A DNA stretch of 63,304 nucleotides, the filler included, from Sphacelaria rigidula (taxonomy: Eukaryota): the NCBI GenBank assembly GCA_964200075.2. It is 10 parts of 10 records of this genome, joined end to end, with 100 filler letters (N's around TTAATTAATTAA, not from the genome) between each part and the next. Parts side by side here need not be neighbours in the genome. Positions count along the whole stretch, not along the records: positions 19,024 to 25,264 come from CAXNAA020021291.1; positions 25,365 to 31,604 come from CAXNAA020021292.1; positions 31,705 to 37,944 come from CAXNAA020021293.1; 7 more parts are not named here. One strand, 5' to 3'. Position 1 is the first letter of the stretch. Every line of letters starts with the position of its first letter. Positions 21,301 through 31,893 of this stretch are shown here, in pieces. A program made the position numbers and the translations under genes. Under the pieces are notes generated by a model. It searched no databases. It had not been told where the DNA came from and worked only from the letters and a program-made list of their open reading frames with translations.

Positions 21301-24300
21301 CTACGGTGCAGGTTTCGATAGTTCCAGTTCCAATTTCACAGCTTTTCCATTGTCTTCGGTGTCCACTCCATCTGCTGTAACAGATTTTCTGGACGCCACT
21401 GACGTCGTCGTACGAGGTCGCTTCGCCCTTCTACTACTAGCGCTGCAACTGCCAGAACCACCCACGCTGCTGCACGCTCTAGCAGCGTCCGCTGCTCCCA
21501 CATGCGTTCTCCTTGATCTCGTTCCATCTACACAACTTGCAGCGGGGGTTACTTTCAGCTCCATCTTAGGGCCCACGTTGGTCCCTTCCACATCCATCTG
21601 GACCACAGTGGTGGGCTGTGCGAACCCCGGCTGTGGAGCCCAACCACCCTGCACGGCACTATCGGGGAGTAAACACCGGCGAAATCCAGCACTATCGGTT
21701 CCGCAGCCGGAGCAGGTACCAGAGGAACGGCCGAATGTACCTCGGTCATCGACATCCACATCTTCTGTCATGGTATCGTCGGCAGTGCCCCCGCCATTAG
21801 CGCCCTCATCTATGGAGACATTATCCGCCGTCACTGATGCAATATGTTGAGGGCAGATGCTCCTTGGGTAGTCCCTGAACCGCTTGCTTTCACACTGCCT
21901 ACTGTTGACGCGCGTTTTCCCCACTATAGCACGGGCGCAAGACTCCGCCTTCCCTGTACCTGATGCACCGTAAAATGGCTGTTCGGAGCAGCCATGACTT
22001 ACACAACATGTACCTCCTACATCTATCATCTCGGCCACAGGGTACTCGATGCGGAGATGGTCTTTCTTTCTGCTCGCCACGCCGTGCGACGGTGTGTAGC
22101 GGTCGTTGTTGCCGCATACTCTGGTCTTGACATTCACCATCCCCCTTCTGGCATCGGGTGGGGGACCTAGACCTGCCAGAAAGAAGAAATATACTAGTAG
22201 TCGTGTGGAGGAGGAAGAAGATGCACATAATTGCCCCTGTGGCAAAGCAATTGAGAGAAAAAATCACATAGTTACAGAATGTGAACTTTACAAGGAGGAA
22301 CGGGAAGTGCTGAAGGGGGAAATGCGGGACGTGAACGAAGGTGGCATGGAATCGTTTGATGCATTGGACAGTAGCGAGAAAACGATGGCTATATTACGGA
22401 ATAGATGGTGGCCACAGACCAGGACGGGGATAAGGTTTGTACAAGATTTTTGTGTAGTGTATTTAAGAGACGTAATGAGCGCTGGAATGTTGAACGTGTC
22501 TGTAGTAGGGGTAGAAACGGTGCTCTGTCTCGAAAGGGACGCGTGGTCAATGGTCAAAAACTTGGGAAGCATCAGATGAGCACGCCCCCTCTGGCATCTG
22601 TGGAGCAGAACTCGGCTCTTCTACGGCCCACTACGCCGGACAACAAGCTCTTCGAGCAACAAACATCGCCGCATATTATACCTTCAACATCGACCAACCC
22701 CTCTCTCGCATGCGTGTCGCAGGATTTGGCCTTCCTACTGCCCGTCACACCGCAAGACGGCTCTGTGGAGCAGCCGTCGATAACGTGATAAGTTGTCGTC
22801 ACGCCGCCTATTTTTTCCCTGGCTCTCCTGCCGCCCTCCACCCCGTACGACGCCAATGAAATGCAGTAGTCGTTGCCGCCAGATTTACTCTTCACGTTGA
22901 TCATGCCTTCTCTGGCATGCCTGGCACAGAATTCGGCTGTCTTACTGCCCGCCACCCCGTACGACGGCTGTGTGGAGCAGCCATCGTTGCCACACAATTT
23001 GTATCCAACATTCACCATCCCCTCTGTGGCATGCTTGGAGCAGAATTCGGCTTTCCTGCTGCCAGCCACGCCGTACACCGCCAACGAAAAGCAGTCGTCG
23101 CTGCCACACAATTTGCCTCCAACATTCACCATCCCCTCTGTGGCATGCTTGGCACAGAACTCGGCTTTCCTGCTGCCAACCGCGCCGTACAACGCCAACG
23201 AAAAGCAGTCGTCGCTGCCACACAGTTTGCTCCTCACGTTGACCATGCCTTCTCTGGCATGCTGGGCACAGAACTCGGCTTCCCTACTGCCCGCCATCCC
23301 GTACGACGGCTGTGTGGAGCAGTCATCGTTGCCACAAACTTTCTTCTTAACGTCGACCATGCCCTCTCTGGCATGCTTGGCACAGAATTCGGCTTCCCTA
23401 CTGCCAGCCACCCCGTACGACGGCCGTATGGAGCAGCCGTCGTTGCCACACAATTTGCCTCTAACCTTCACCATCCCCTCCGTGGCATGCTTGGAGCAGA
23501 ATTCGGCTTTCCTGCTGCCAGCCATGCCGTACAACGCCACCGAAAAGCAGTCGTTGCTGCCGCACAGTTTGTTCCTGACGTTGACCATGCCCTCACTGGC
23601 ATGCTTGGCACATAATTCGGCTTTTCCACTAGCCTCCACGCCATACGACGGTACTGTGAAGCAGCCGTTGCTGCCGCACACTCTGCTCGTCACGTTGACC
23701 ATGCCCTCCGTGGCATGCTTGGAGCAGAATTCGGCTTTCCTGCTGCCAGCCACGCCGTACACCGCCAACGAAAAGCAGTCGTCGCTGCCGCACAGTTTGT
23801 TCCTCACGTTGACCATGCCTTTTCTGGCATGCTTGGCACAGAACTCGGCTTTCCTGCTGCCAGCCGCGCCGTACAACGCCAACGAAAAGCAGTCGTCGCT
23901 GCCACACAGTTTGCTCCTCACGTTGACCATGCCTTTTCTGGCATGCTTGGCTCAGAACTCGGCTTTCCTACTGCCCGCCACCCCGTACGACGGCTGTGTG
24001 GAGCAGCCGTCGTTGCCACAGACTTTCTTCTTAACGTCGACCATGCCCTCTCTGGCATGCTTGGCACAGAACTCGGCTTTTCTGCTGCCAGCCACGCCGT
24101 ACACCGCCAACGAAAAGCAGTCGTCGCTGCCACATGATTTGCTCCTCACGTTGACCATGCCTTTTCTGGCATGCTTGGAACAGAATTCGGCTTTCCTGCT
24201 GCCAGCCACGCCGTACAACGCCAACGAAAAGCAGCCGTCGCTGCCACACACTCTGCTCGACACGTTGACCATGCCTTTTCTGGCATGCTTGGAGCAGAAC

Positions 24301-24725
24301 TCGGCTTTTCTACTACCCTCCACCCCGTACGACGATACTGTGAAACAGCCGTTGCTACCGCACACTCTGCTCGTCACGTTGACCATGCCCTCTCTGACAT
24401 GCTTGGCGCAGAACTCGGCTTTTTTACTGCCCGCCACCCCATACCTCGGCAATGAAATGCAGCCGTCGCTGCCACATGATTTGCTCATCACCTTGACCAT
24501 GCCCTCACTTGCATGCTTGGCGCAGAACTCGGCTTTCCTACTGCCCTCTACCCCGTACGACGGCCGTATGGAGCAGCCGTCGCTCCCGCACCCTCTGCCT
24601 TTACCGTATACCATGTCTGTTTTGGAATGCCGGGTGCAGAAGTCGGCTTTTCTGCTGCCATCCACACCGTATTGCGGCCTTGATGTACACGTCACATGGG
24701 CGCAAATTCGAAGACCTATCCCCTA
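21301..24725 (-). pseudogene. EsV-1-7 domain (Cys/His repeat) protein gene; in-frame TGA and LINE insertion suggest it is damaged
   Basis: Tandem 38-aa (114-nt) repeats C-X4-C-X16-C-X2-H-X12 (e.g. CGSDDCFSLALYGAAGSRKAEFCAKHARKGMVNVRSKL), the EsV-1-7/IMM family spacing. About 16 canonical and ~5 degenerate units. TGA at 23952-23954, LINE at 22156-22584, and the frame resumes to a stop at 21301. Confidence 0.88.
22156..22584 (+). mobile_element. Family A LINE 3' fragment (with C-terminal CCHC finger) inserted antisense into the EsV-1-7 gene
   Basis: Encodes KYTSSRVEEEEDAHNCPCGKAIERKNHIVTECELY...RWWPQT. TSD CCCCCTTCTGGCATC (22141-22155) / CCCCCTCTGGCATC (22585-22598). Confidence 0.9.
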
Positions 24726-25096
24726 CATAGCTGCACAGGAAAAACATGCACTGTACATAAATCTGGCTATCGATATCATGCCCGCTTCCGAATAGCCAAC
24801 AACGAGGGGCAGCTGCGTCTTCCGGCACCACCAGCCACCTGGACGAGCATCGTAAGCAGCAGCATTCCCAGAGGAGAAGAGAACACCGTGTCAAACGACT
24901 GTCGCCGACAGGATCAGACAATGCACTGTCATCACTCCCCACTAGGAACGAGCAGGTGTAAGGAATTGCCCCCAATATCATGCCAATAAGGAATCACCTG
25001 GTATACGTGACGGATGTCGCTACCGTTGGCTTGATGCTACTATAGCGAAATGCGCGACCATCGGGAACTTTCGAGTCATCCTACGATGGGGGGGGG

Positions 25097-25161
25097 GTAC
25101 TCATTTGTTGCTTGCCTCAGTCGTTCGACCATTGACCACGCGTCCCTTTCGAGACGGAGCA
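25097..25161 (-). mobile_element. Family A LINE 3' end
   Basis: Flanked by CCTACGAT-G-run (25080) and CCTACGATA-G-run (25168), an apparent TSD. Confidence 0.85.
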
Positions 25162-25364
25162 ATCCTACCTACGATAGGGGGGGGGGGGGGGGGGTATGGG
25201 GTTGCCCGAAAACAAAGGATCATAAGTGGGCCCGACGCCGCCCCCCCTTGTCGTGGCTGTTGCANNNNNNNNNNNNNNNNNNNNNNNNNNNNNNNNNNNN
25301 NNNNNNNNTTAATTAATTAANNNNNNNNNNNNNNNNNNNNNNNNNNNNNNNNNNNNNNNNNNNN

Positions 25365-26289
25365 GGAGGAGTATACTAAAGCTCGGAAGGAAGTAAAAAA
25401 GGTGGTGTAGCAGAAAAAAAAGGAAGTTTGGGAAGGTGTGATGAATCAATCAAATGAAGATTTCGACGGCGGGATGAAGCAAATGTGGGCAGGGATAAAA
25501 GGGATCACGAGAAACCAGGTAAGAAGGATAGACAACGGGATAGCCACACTACGGACACATAACGGTAAAATGGTCAACAATTCGAAGGGGAAGAGAAAGG
25601 TGCTAGTCGAGCACTACCGTGAACTAGGGACACCAAAAACTAACACGAAGTTCGACACGGAATTCGAAAAATAAATCAACGAGTGGGCAGAAGCAAATGT
25701 AGAGACGTCAAAACGGGAGGATAGAGGCTGGACAGAATTGCAGAGAGAGTTTACTAGAGATAAAGTAGAGGGGTGCGTAGCTAAACTCAAGAACAAAAAG
25801 GCAGCAGGGGCAGACGGAATAGTGAAGGAATTTCTTTAGCATAGGGGGGGGGGCGGGGGGGGGGCGTACTCATTTGTTGCTTGCNNNNNNNNNNCCATTG
25901 ACCACGCATCCCTTTCGAGACGGAGCACCGTCACTACTCCTAATAGAGACACCTCCAAATTCTGGCGCTCATTACTTCATAGGGGGGAAGGAATGATTAC
26001 CATGATGGTTATGCTGTATAACTGGATATGGGAGAACGAGTACACACCCCATAGGTGGAGAGAAGGAGAAGTAGTCAATCTTTTCAAAAAGAGAAACAAG
26101 GCCGACCCAGGAAACTATAAAGGGATAACGCTACGGAGCACGGTAGGGAAAACATTATGTAAGATTCTGAATGATGGAGTAGGAACGGTGCTAAAAAAGA
26201 AGGACAATATTGGGAGTAGGAACGGTGCTCCGTCTCGAAAGGGATGCAATGTCAATGGTGAAACGACTAAGGCAAGCAACAAATGAGTA
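25365..26289 (+). mobile_element. Family A LINE, decayed ORF (pre-RT and RT start) joined to the 3' terminus
   Basis: KLKNKKAAGADGIV; WREGEVVNLFKKRNKADPGNYKGITLRSTVGKTLCKILND (non-LTR RT N-terminal motifs). Colinear with 59380-60070 and ends ...TTKASNK* GTAC plus a C-run. Confidence 0.85.
25866..25976 (-). mobile_element. Family A 3' end nested in another family A copy
   Basis: TSD CATAGGGGGG (25840-25849 and 25978-25987) at the Gly-Gly codons of the host KYGGEG motif. Confidence 0.8.
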
Positions 26290-26689
26290 CGCCCCCTCCC
26301 CCTCCCCCTCCCCCGATAATTGTTGTGTACGCTGTGTAATGGAACGGTTCGTAGGTTGAAGAAATCACCGAAGCTGCTCATCACTTGAGCTGTGCGTGAC
26401 CTTGTATAAATCTGGTCAAAATTCGATGAGAAACGATGCTATGTGTGGGACCTGCGCGAAGCGGTGATAGTCGTGTGCGTTGCGTAATGGCACAGGTCAT
26501 ACTTTGAAGGAAACGCCGTAGGTGCTCACCAACTGACCACATTGTGCGTGACCTCGCACAATTTTGTTCAGAAAGTAATGAGAAACGATCCGAAGAATGG
26601 CAACGATTGAGTTATTGGAATGATGCTGACCCAAATTTGAAATAAACATGTTTGTGAGACCAGGAACGAATTTTAGTTTTCGGATTTCG

Positions 26690-27846
26690 GTTGATTTTGA
26701 CTGATTGTCGTACTTTAACTGACCACCCATGAGTTTAGTCGTGGTCGCATGATAGACGTACCCAAGAAAAGCAATACTGAAACACTCGCTCAAGAAAAGA
26801 AGGAAGATAAAAAAGCCGAACACAACGACATCGTAGACTCAGATTTGAAAAAAAAGAAAAAAGAAAAAAACTCAATAAAAGCAAAGCACAGAAAGAGATG
26901 GCCGACCTGAAAGAAAAAATGGTGCAAAAAAACACGGGAATAAAATAATTTAAAAGGAAAAACCCCGAGGGATTCAGGGCAGCAGAGTACATACAGACAG
27001 ACACCAGTGGGCACCACAGAGCCACCGACTGAGGACATAATCAGCACTCGATATGAGCAGATAGGATTCTTCGGTTGGCGGTCCTCGACGCAGCAGCCTC
27101 TCCCTTGTGACGGCGGTCTGATTCTCGTTTGTCCGTGGTCGCCACGCGCCCTTAAATTCTTCCGCTCCTTTTTCGACTCCAATATGCCACTTGTTGCTCT
27201 TCGCCGCAGTGACCCAATTGTATGCATCATTAACTTCCACACCGTAGACGAACCGTTTCCGTCGGGCTCCTATGTGCAGGGCAGCCCCTAGCGCACGTAG
27301 GCTCTCCATTAGGGTGCCCTCCCATTGCTTGGGGGGGCGGCCGGACTTCTTGGGTCCTTGTGTGGAAAGCCGACCGTTCATGATGCGTTTAGCCAGGCGT
27401 GTGTTCTTCTGCCGGACAAGGGCTCCCGCGAACGAGAGTATGTGTTTTTGGATAATCGTCTCGATACGTTCACAGTTGATAATCTCGAGCACCGCTCTGT
27501 ACGAAAGAGTCTTGTAGCCATTTCGATCTTTCCTGCGGAATCCAACCACTCGCAGCAAGAGCTGTGATGGGCAGTCCACAGACTGTCGAAGTCCTCAAGA
27601 CATAGCGTCCATGTGGCACACCCATACAACAAAGCTTCTACCACCTCCGCTTTAAGCAGTCGAAAGTTCAAGGATACCTTGGCGTTGGGTCGGTCGTAGA
27701 GTTATTGGGAGCTATATTTTCGGATACGCGCCCACGCCGCGCTGATACGACGATTGATTTCGATAGAAATTTCGCATCCCCGCTGATGGCTCCACCAAGG
27801 TAGATGAACTTCCCCGTCTGCTTATACCGTTGACCGGCAGCTCCGG
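26690..27846 (-). mobile_element. RTE-like LINE, 3' portion (frameshifted)
   Basis: QRYKQTGKFIYLGG, EINRRISAAW, LLKAEVVEALLYGCATWTL, RLAKRIMNG...GRPPKQW are RTE-type post-RT motifs. T-rich 3' UTR ends in an ATCA-like tail. Confidence 0.82.
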
Positions 27847-29417
27847 AAGGGGTCTATAATCGATTTGGGGCATATGGCCGCCGATCAATTCCAGGTAGGT
27901 AACTTGAGTACGTGTGTTTTTTTCATTGAAAGCTTGGAAAGAGAAAAGGGAGATGATTTTGTTCCAACGGCGATTGGGATTAGCGGCGGTGCCAAATCAA
28001 GAGAGAGAGACGGTGACTTTGTCTCTCGTTGTATCATACACTAGAGGCCTCTGTGTGCTGTCATCAGTCAGCATTGGGGCGTTGGGCTCAATGGGCAGGC
28101 TGCTAGCACAACACCGTGTCCCGTACAACCGCAGGTAGATGTGCCCCAAGTCATGCGCACCCCCCTCCAACATGCACAATGACCTGCAGAGGTCGGGATC
28201 ATCTCAAGCTGTCAGCTCCAAGCGAGAAGTCTCGAGGCATAAAAAATATGGCGTATATTTGCAGCACAGGCGCCCGAAGATATCAAGGCCTGCGGTTGAG
28301 AGCTCAGCGATCTCAGTCAAGTCATATTTATTATCGGTGATATTCAAGGACGCGATGATAATGCGACTGACGCCGCAACGCCCAGCGAGGAGGGCGTCGC
28401 GGCCATAGTAGTATCCATATATCAGCACGGTAATGCTTTGAGGTTACAGGTCACAAGCCTCGTTGGTACCGTTCTACTCGAGGGGGTCTCTCCCATGGTT
28501 ATCATGATTCGATCATCCACCGGTGGGCATGTTTTGTCCATGGATACATCTTAGTCAGAGATTTGGGGAAAACCGATTGTTTGCTACCCATGCGTCGTTA
28601 AACAGCAAGGAGGGTTCGCACTACTTGAGCGTATTGGAACACACCATGACGAGACAGACAAAAGCTTGGGACACCAACATGAAAAAACATGAAAATAAGT
28701 GGTACGCTTGTGAATTCATGTCCGCGCGAACGCGTGCGTTTATTACTCTCGCACGACTCAAGATTTCACGTCTTCCTCGAGTCGCGATGCGTGTTGTCTT
28801 GCTCCATCGTTTCCATCTCGTTTGTTAGATAATTTAGGCGCGATGAGGGAAGCAACGTGAAGAACACGCTTGGGTCATCTCTTGAGTATTCGTATGATAT
28901 GCTACATACGCTTTGTGAATATAAATAATCTTCTTAGGACACGATTTTCTTCGAATCTGGGTCATAAATGCGTTGCTCCCCCACTGCGCTGAGATCTGCG
29001 TTCGTGTACTTACCTCAGCCGACCTTTCCGCGCTGTGTGATAAAACGCATGGGATATTTTTTCGTGGTATTGTCGACCGTAACGCTTTTAGTGGGCTGCT
29101 TTTTCTTTGTAGTACGTAGGTATTGAGAAAAACATGAACATCAGTGCTCGTCAAAGGTTCCGGGATTCATGATCCTGCAAAGCGTATTGTAATGACTAAA
29201 CGACTACGTCGTAAAAATGTGCACGAAACGGTATAGATACACCGTGTGCGGCAATTTCCAGCATATTTTACTGGACCAAGGCACTATGGTTTCTGATACC
29301 GTGGGAAAGATCGGCTGAACCCTTGAAATCACGGACGTGTCTGGAGGTAGGGGTGGGATTCAAAGTACGACAAAAAAATAAATGATCCCAGTACCCAATG
29401 TTGATCCTCAAACGCAG

Positions 29418-29576
29418 ACGGGAGGTCTTCTGCGACAGTTCAAAACCCGGTTCGGAGGCCTGCTCTGCCACCAGAACACGATCAACGCCGTATCCTTCAG
29501 CCCCGATGGCCGCAGGCTAGCCAGCGCCTCCAGCGACGGCACAATCAAGCTCTGGGACCCCGCTGCCGGGGAGCAG
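29418..29576 (+). CDS. WD40-repeat protein exon
   Basis: CAG|...CAG|GTAC, phase 0. [30 protein letters not shown] is a canonical WD40 repeat. Confidence 0.88.
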
Positions 29577-29804
29577 GTACGCTGACAAGTTGCGAAGATT
29601 TCGTGGTCGAATACACTGGTTGTAGACGTCTTTTTATGCGATTTCTGAACACAAATTTTGGCAGGTTACTCAGCATCTTCTCTTTTCCTGTAACAGGAAG
29701 TTGTCTTGAATGCACAGGACGTATGTATATCGTTTCTCTATGGAAACGCTCCGAATGATGCCGCGATAACCCCCCCCCCCAAAAACAAAACCCAGCATGG
29801 ACGA

Positions 29805-29925
29805 AAAAAAGTAATGAATACCCAAATGTTGGAGGTGTCTCCAATAGGAGTAGGAACGGTGCCCCGTCTCGAAAGGGATGCATGGTCGATGGTCAGACGA
29901 CTAAGGTAAGCAACAAATGAGCATG
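29805..29925 (+). mobile_element. Family A LINE 3' end inside a WD40 intron
   Basis: Consensus tail flanked on both sides by a C-run followed by an AAAC..CAGC-like sequence. Confidence 0.8.
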
Positions 29926-31012
29926 TCCCTCCCCCCCCCCCAAACCAGCCCCAAACCTGTCACGAAGATCATGGCCATACAGTGCAAGATAGCTGGTTTC
30001 AGACTTCATAAAGCCCCTCTTGTGGGCGACATTGGCGAAAATGGCCTCTAGTATGGGAGTTCCCAGCTGCTCGGTGTTCTCGGCTCTTGTCATTTTTCGT
30101 TCTCGTGTAGATTTTCTCCCCAAACCACCTATTTTTCTGGGAGGGCTATCGCAGCATCCCGTCTTCTGTTTCAGCTACATGGCGTCTTTTTGTATGGAGA
30201 TATCTTGTACCCCCAAATACGGAGTCAAAGACGAAACGCACGGAATTTCTAATGAAAATCGAGGTCACTCGTGACCCACCAACCTGTCACCTTCATACCA
30301 ATCCCATACGCGACGAACCTGGCGCTAATCTCACGGGCCTTCATGTACAACTTTCGTGCGGGGTCCAGTCTTTCGGCACGCTAGCGTAAGAAATCGCCCC
30401 CCGCCCCCGCATTTCGCTTTATTCTTCTTGCCCGACCACCAGCTCTGGTTTAAACTTGATCGTAACCCTTGACACTCTACGCTCTCGGACAAATGCAACG
30501 TGCAACGCCGCCGTCGAAAGCGGTGTTGAAATGAATGGAAGAAGCTCTAACTGCCTATGCAGAGGGCATGATACCTATCATTAGTGGCACCCTTTGCACA
30601 GCAATAGAAAGGGGGTTGCAGGCCAGAAGCATGCAACGACACAACCCCAACACGGGGTTCAGGGCCTCTCGCAACTGATATCGTGTAGACTACCATAAAA
30701 TTCCTTCTCTCGACCTTTTTTCTTCAACACATTCTCGCATCGTCCTGTTTTGCTGCTATTGCGACATTCGTTGAATACCTGGTGCACGGTGTAGCCTTTA
30801 CGTATTTCACGAAATATTTCCTGCTTCCCGGCACCATCAGATAGACGTGAGGCTCAAGTGGCTGTCTAAACGGATCGTCTCGTCTAAAACTTCACGAATT
30901 CTATATTTTGATTCTAGTGCATACTACCACACCTTCCCAGCATCGTCAGGATACACGGCAGCAACAAGATCGTTTTTGATTAATTTTCGCCTGAACCTGC
31001 ATCCACAAACAG

Positions 31013-31123
31013 GTCGGTCTGCTAGGTACAGGCGGTGAGCACGAAGGGCTTCCGGTGTGGGACGTATCGTGGAGCGGCGACAGCATATACCTTGTGTCCT
31101 GCGGTGCAGATCGTTCGGTTGTG
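31013..31123 (+). CDS. WD40-repeat protein exon (next exon of the same gene)
   Basis: CAG|GTC...GTG|GTGAG, phase 0. VGLLGTGGEHEGLPVWDVSWSGDSIYLVSCGADRSVV continues the WD40 pattern. Confidence 0.8.
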
Positions 31124-31189
31124 GTGAGCGCTCAACCGCGGCGAGGATTTGCGGGACATACCTCCCACTCCCCGCCCCCGTACCTGATT

Positions 31190-31604
31190 AATCGAAAACC
31201 CGGCGCGCTCTGGCCCGGCTTTGTAGGGATGCGAGGTCAACGGTCACATGACTACGGCATGTATGATCATGAGTACCCCCCCCCTCCCGCTTCGGGTGTG
31301 TACTCATGACTATGGTATGCATGATCATGAGTACACCCCCCCCGCTTCCCCGAAAAGGTTTCGTGTAAGTATGGAATAAACGTAATGAGCGCCGGAATGT
31401 TCAAGGTGGCTCTATTAGGAATGGGAACGGTGTCCGTCTTGGAAGGGATGGTGGTCAATGGTCAAACGACTGAGGCAAGCAACAAATAAGTTCGTCCCCT
31501 CCCCCCCCCCTCGCTCCCCATGAGGCAGTGTGAAAGCCGTGGCTGTCTCTGGAAGTGGCGATACCACAGAATGAAGCAACTCATTGTTGGCTGTCATCCA
31601 AATG
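31190..31604 (+). mobile_element. Cluster of stacked family B and family A insertions
   Basis: B tail (~31195-31276), second B tail (~31306-31335), A 3' end (~31355-31495), B body (31517-31604), each separated by C-runs. Confidence 0.8.
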
Positions 31605-31893
31605 NNNNNNNNNNNNNNNNNNNNNNNNNNNNNNNNNNNNNNNNNNNNTTAATTAATTAANNNNNNNNNNNNNNNNNNNNNNNNNNNNNNNNNNNNNNNN
31701 NNNNTGAATTGATGCCGCTTCTGCAGGTGCCCTACTCTAAGGCAAGCATGGTACGGGGTAGGATCGAGGCAAACAAAAAATGAGTCCCCCCCCCCCCCCC
31801 CCCTCCTCATGACTTGTCCAAATCGCCTGTTTTTTCGACGATCTCCCGCTACACTACTCGGCGCCTCCCACTACCATGAAAAAATAAATAAAG

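Noticed and set aside
21110..21850. 246-aa plus-strand ORF
   Set aside because: Antisense to the EsV-1-7 C-terminal frame, with no recognisable motif.
22591..24717. CRISPR-like or diversity-generating-retroelement reading of the regular repeats next to RT fragments
   Set aside because: Units are in-frame coding repeats without unique spacers, the variation is not adenine-specific, and the nearby RT is a LINE on a different contig.
22873..24795. 640-aa plus-strand ORF with 38-aa periodicity
   Set aside because: Antisense shadow of the EsV-1-7 array. A stop-free unit repeated in tandem stays open, and the Cys/His motif is on the minus strand.
19024..25264. Endogenous phaeovirus insertion suggested by EsV-1-7
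   Set aside because: No other viral genes or gene-dense intronless region. EsV-1-7 genes are a large host family in brown algae.
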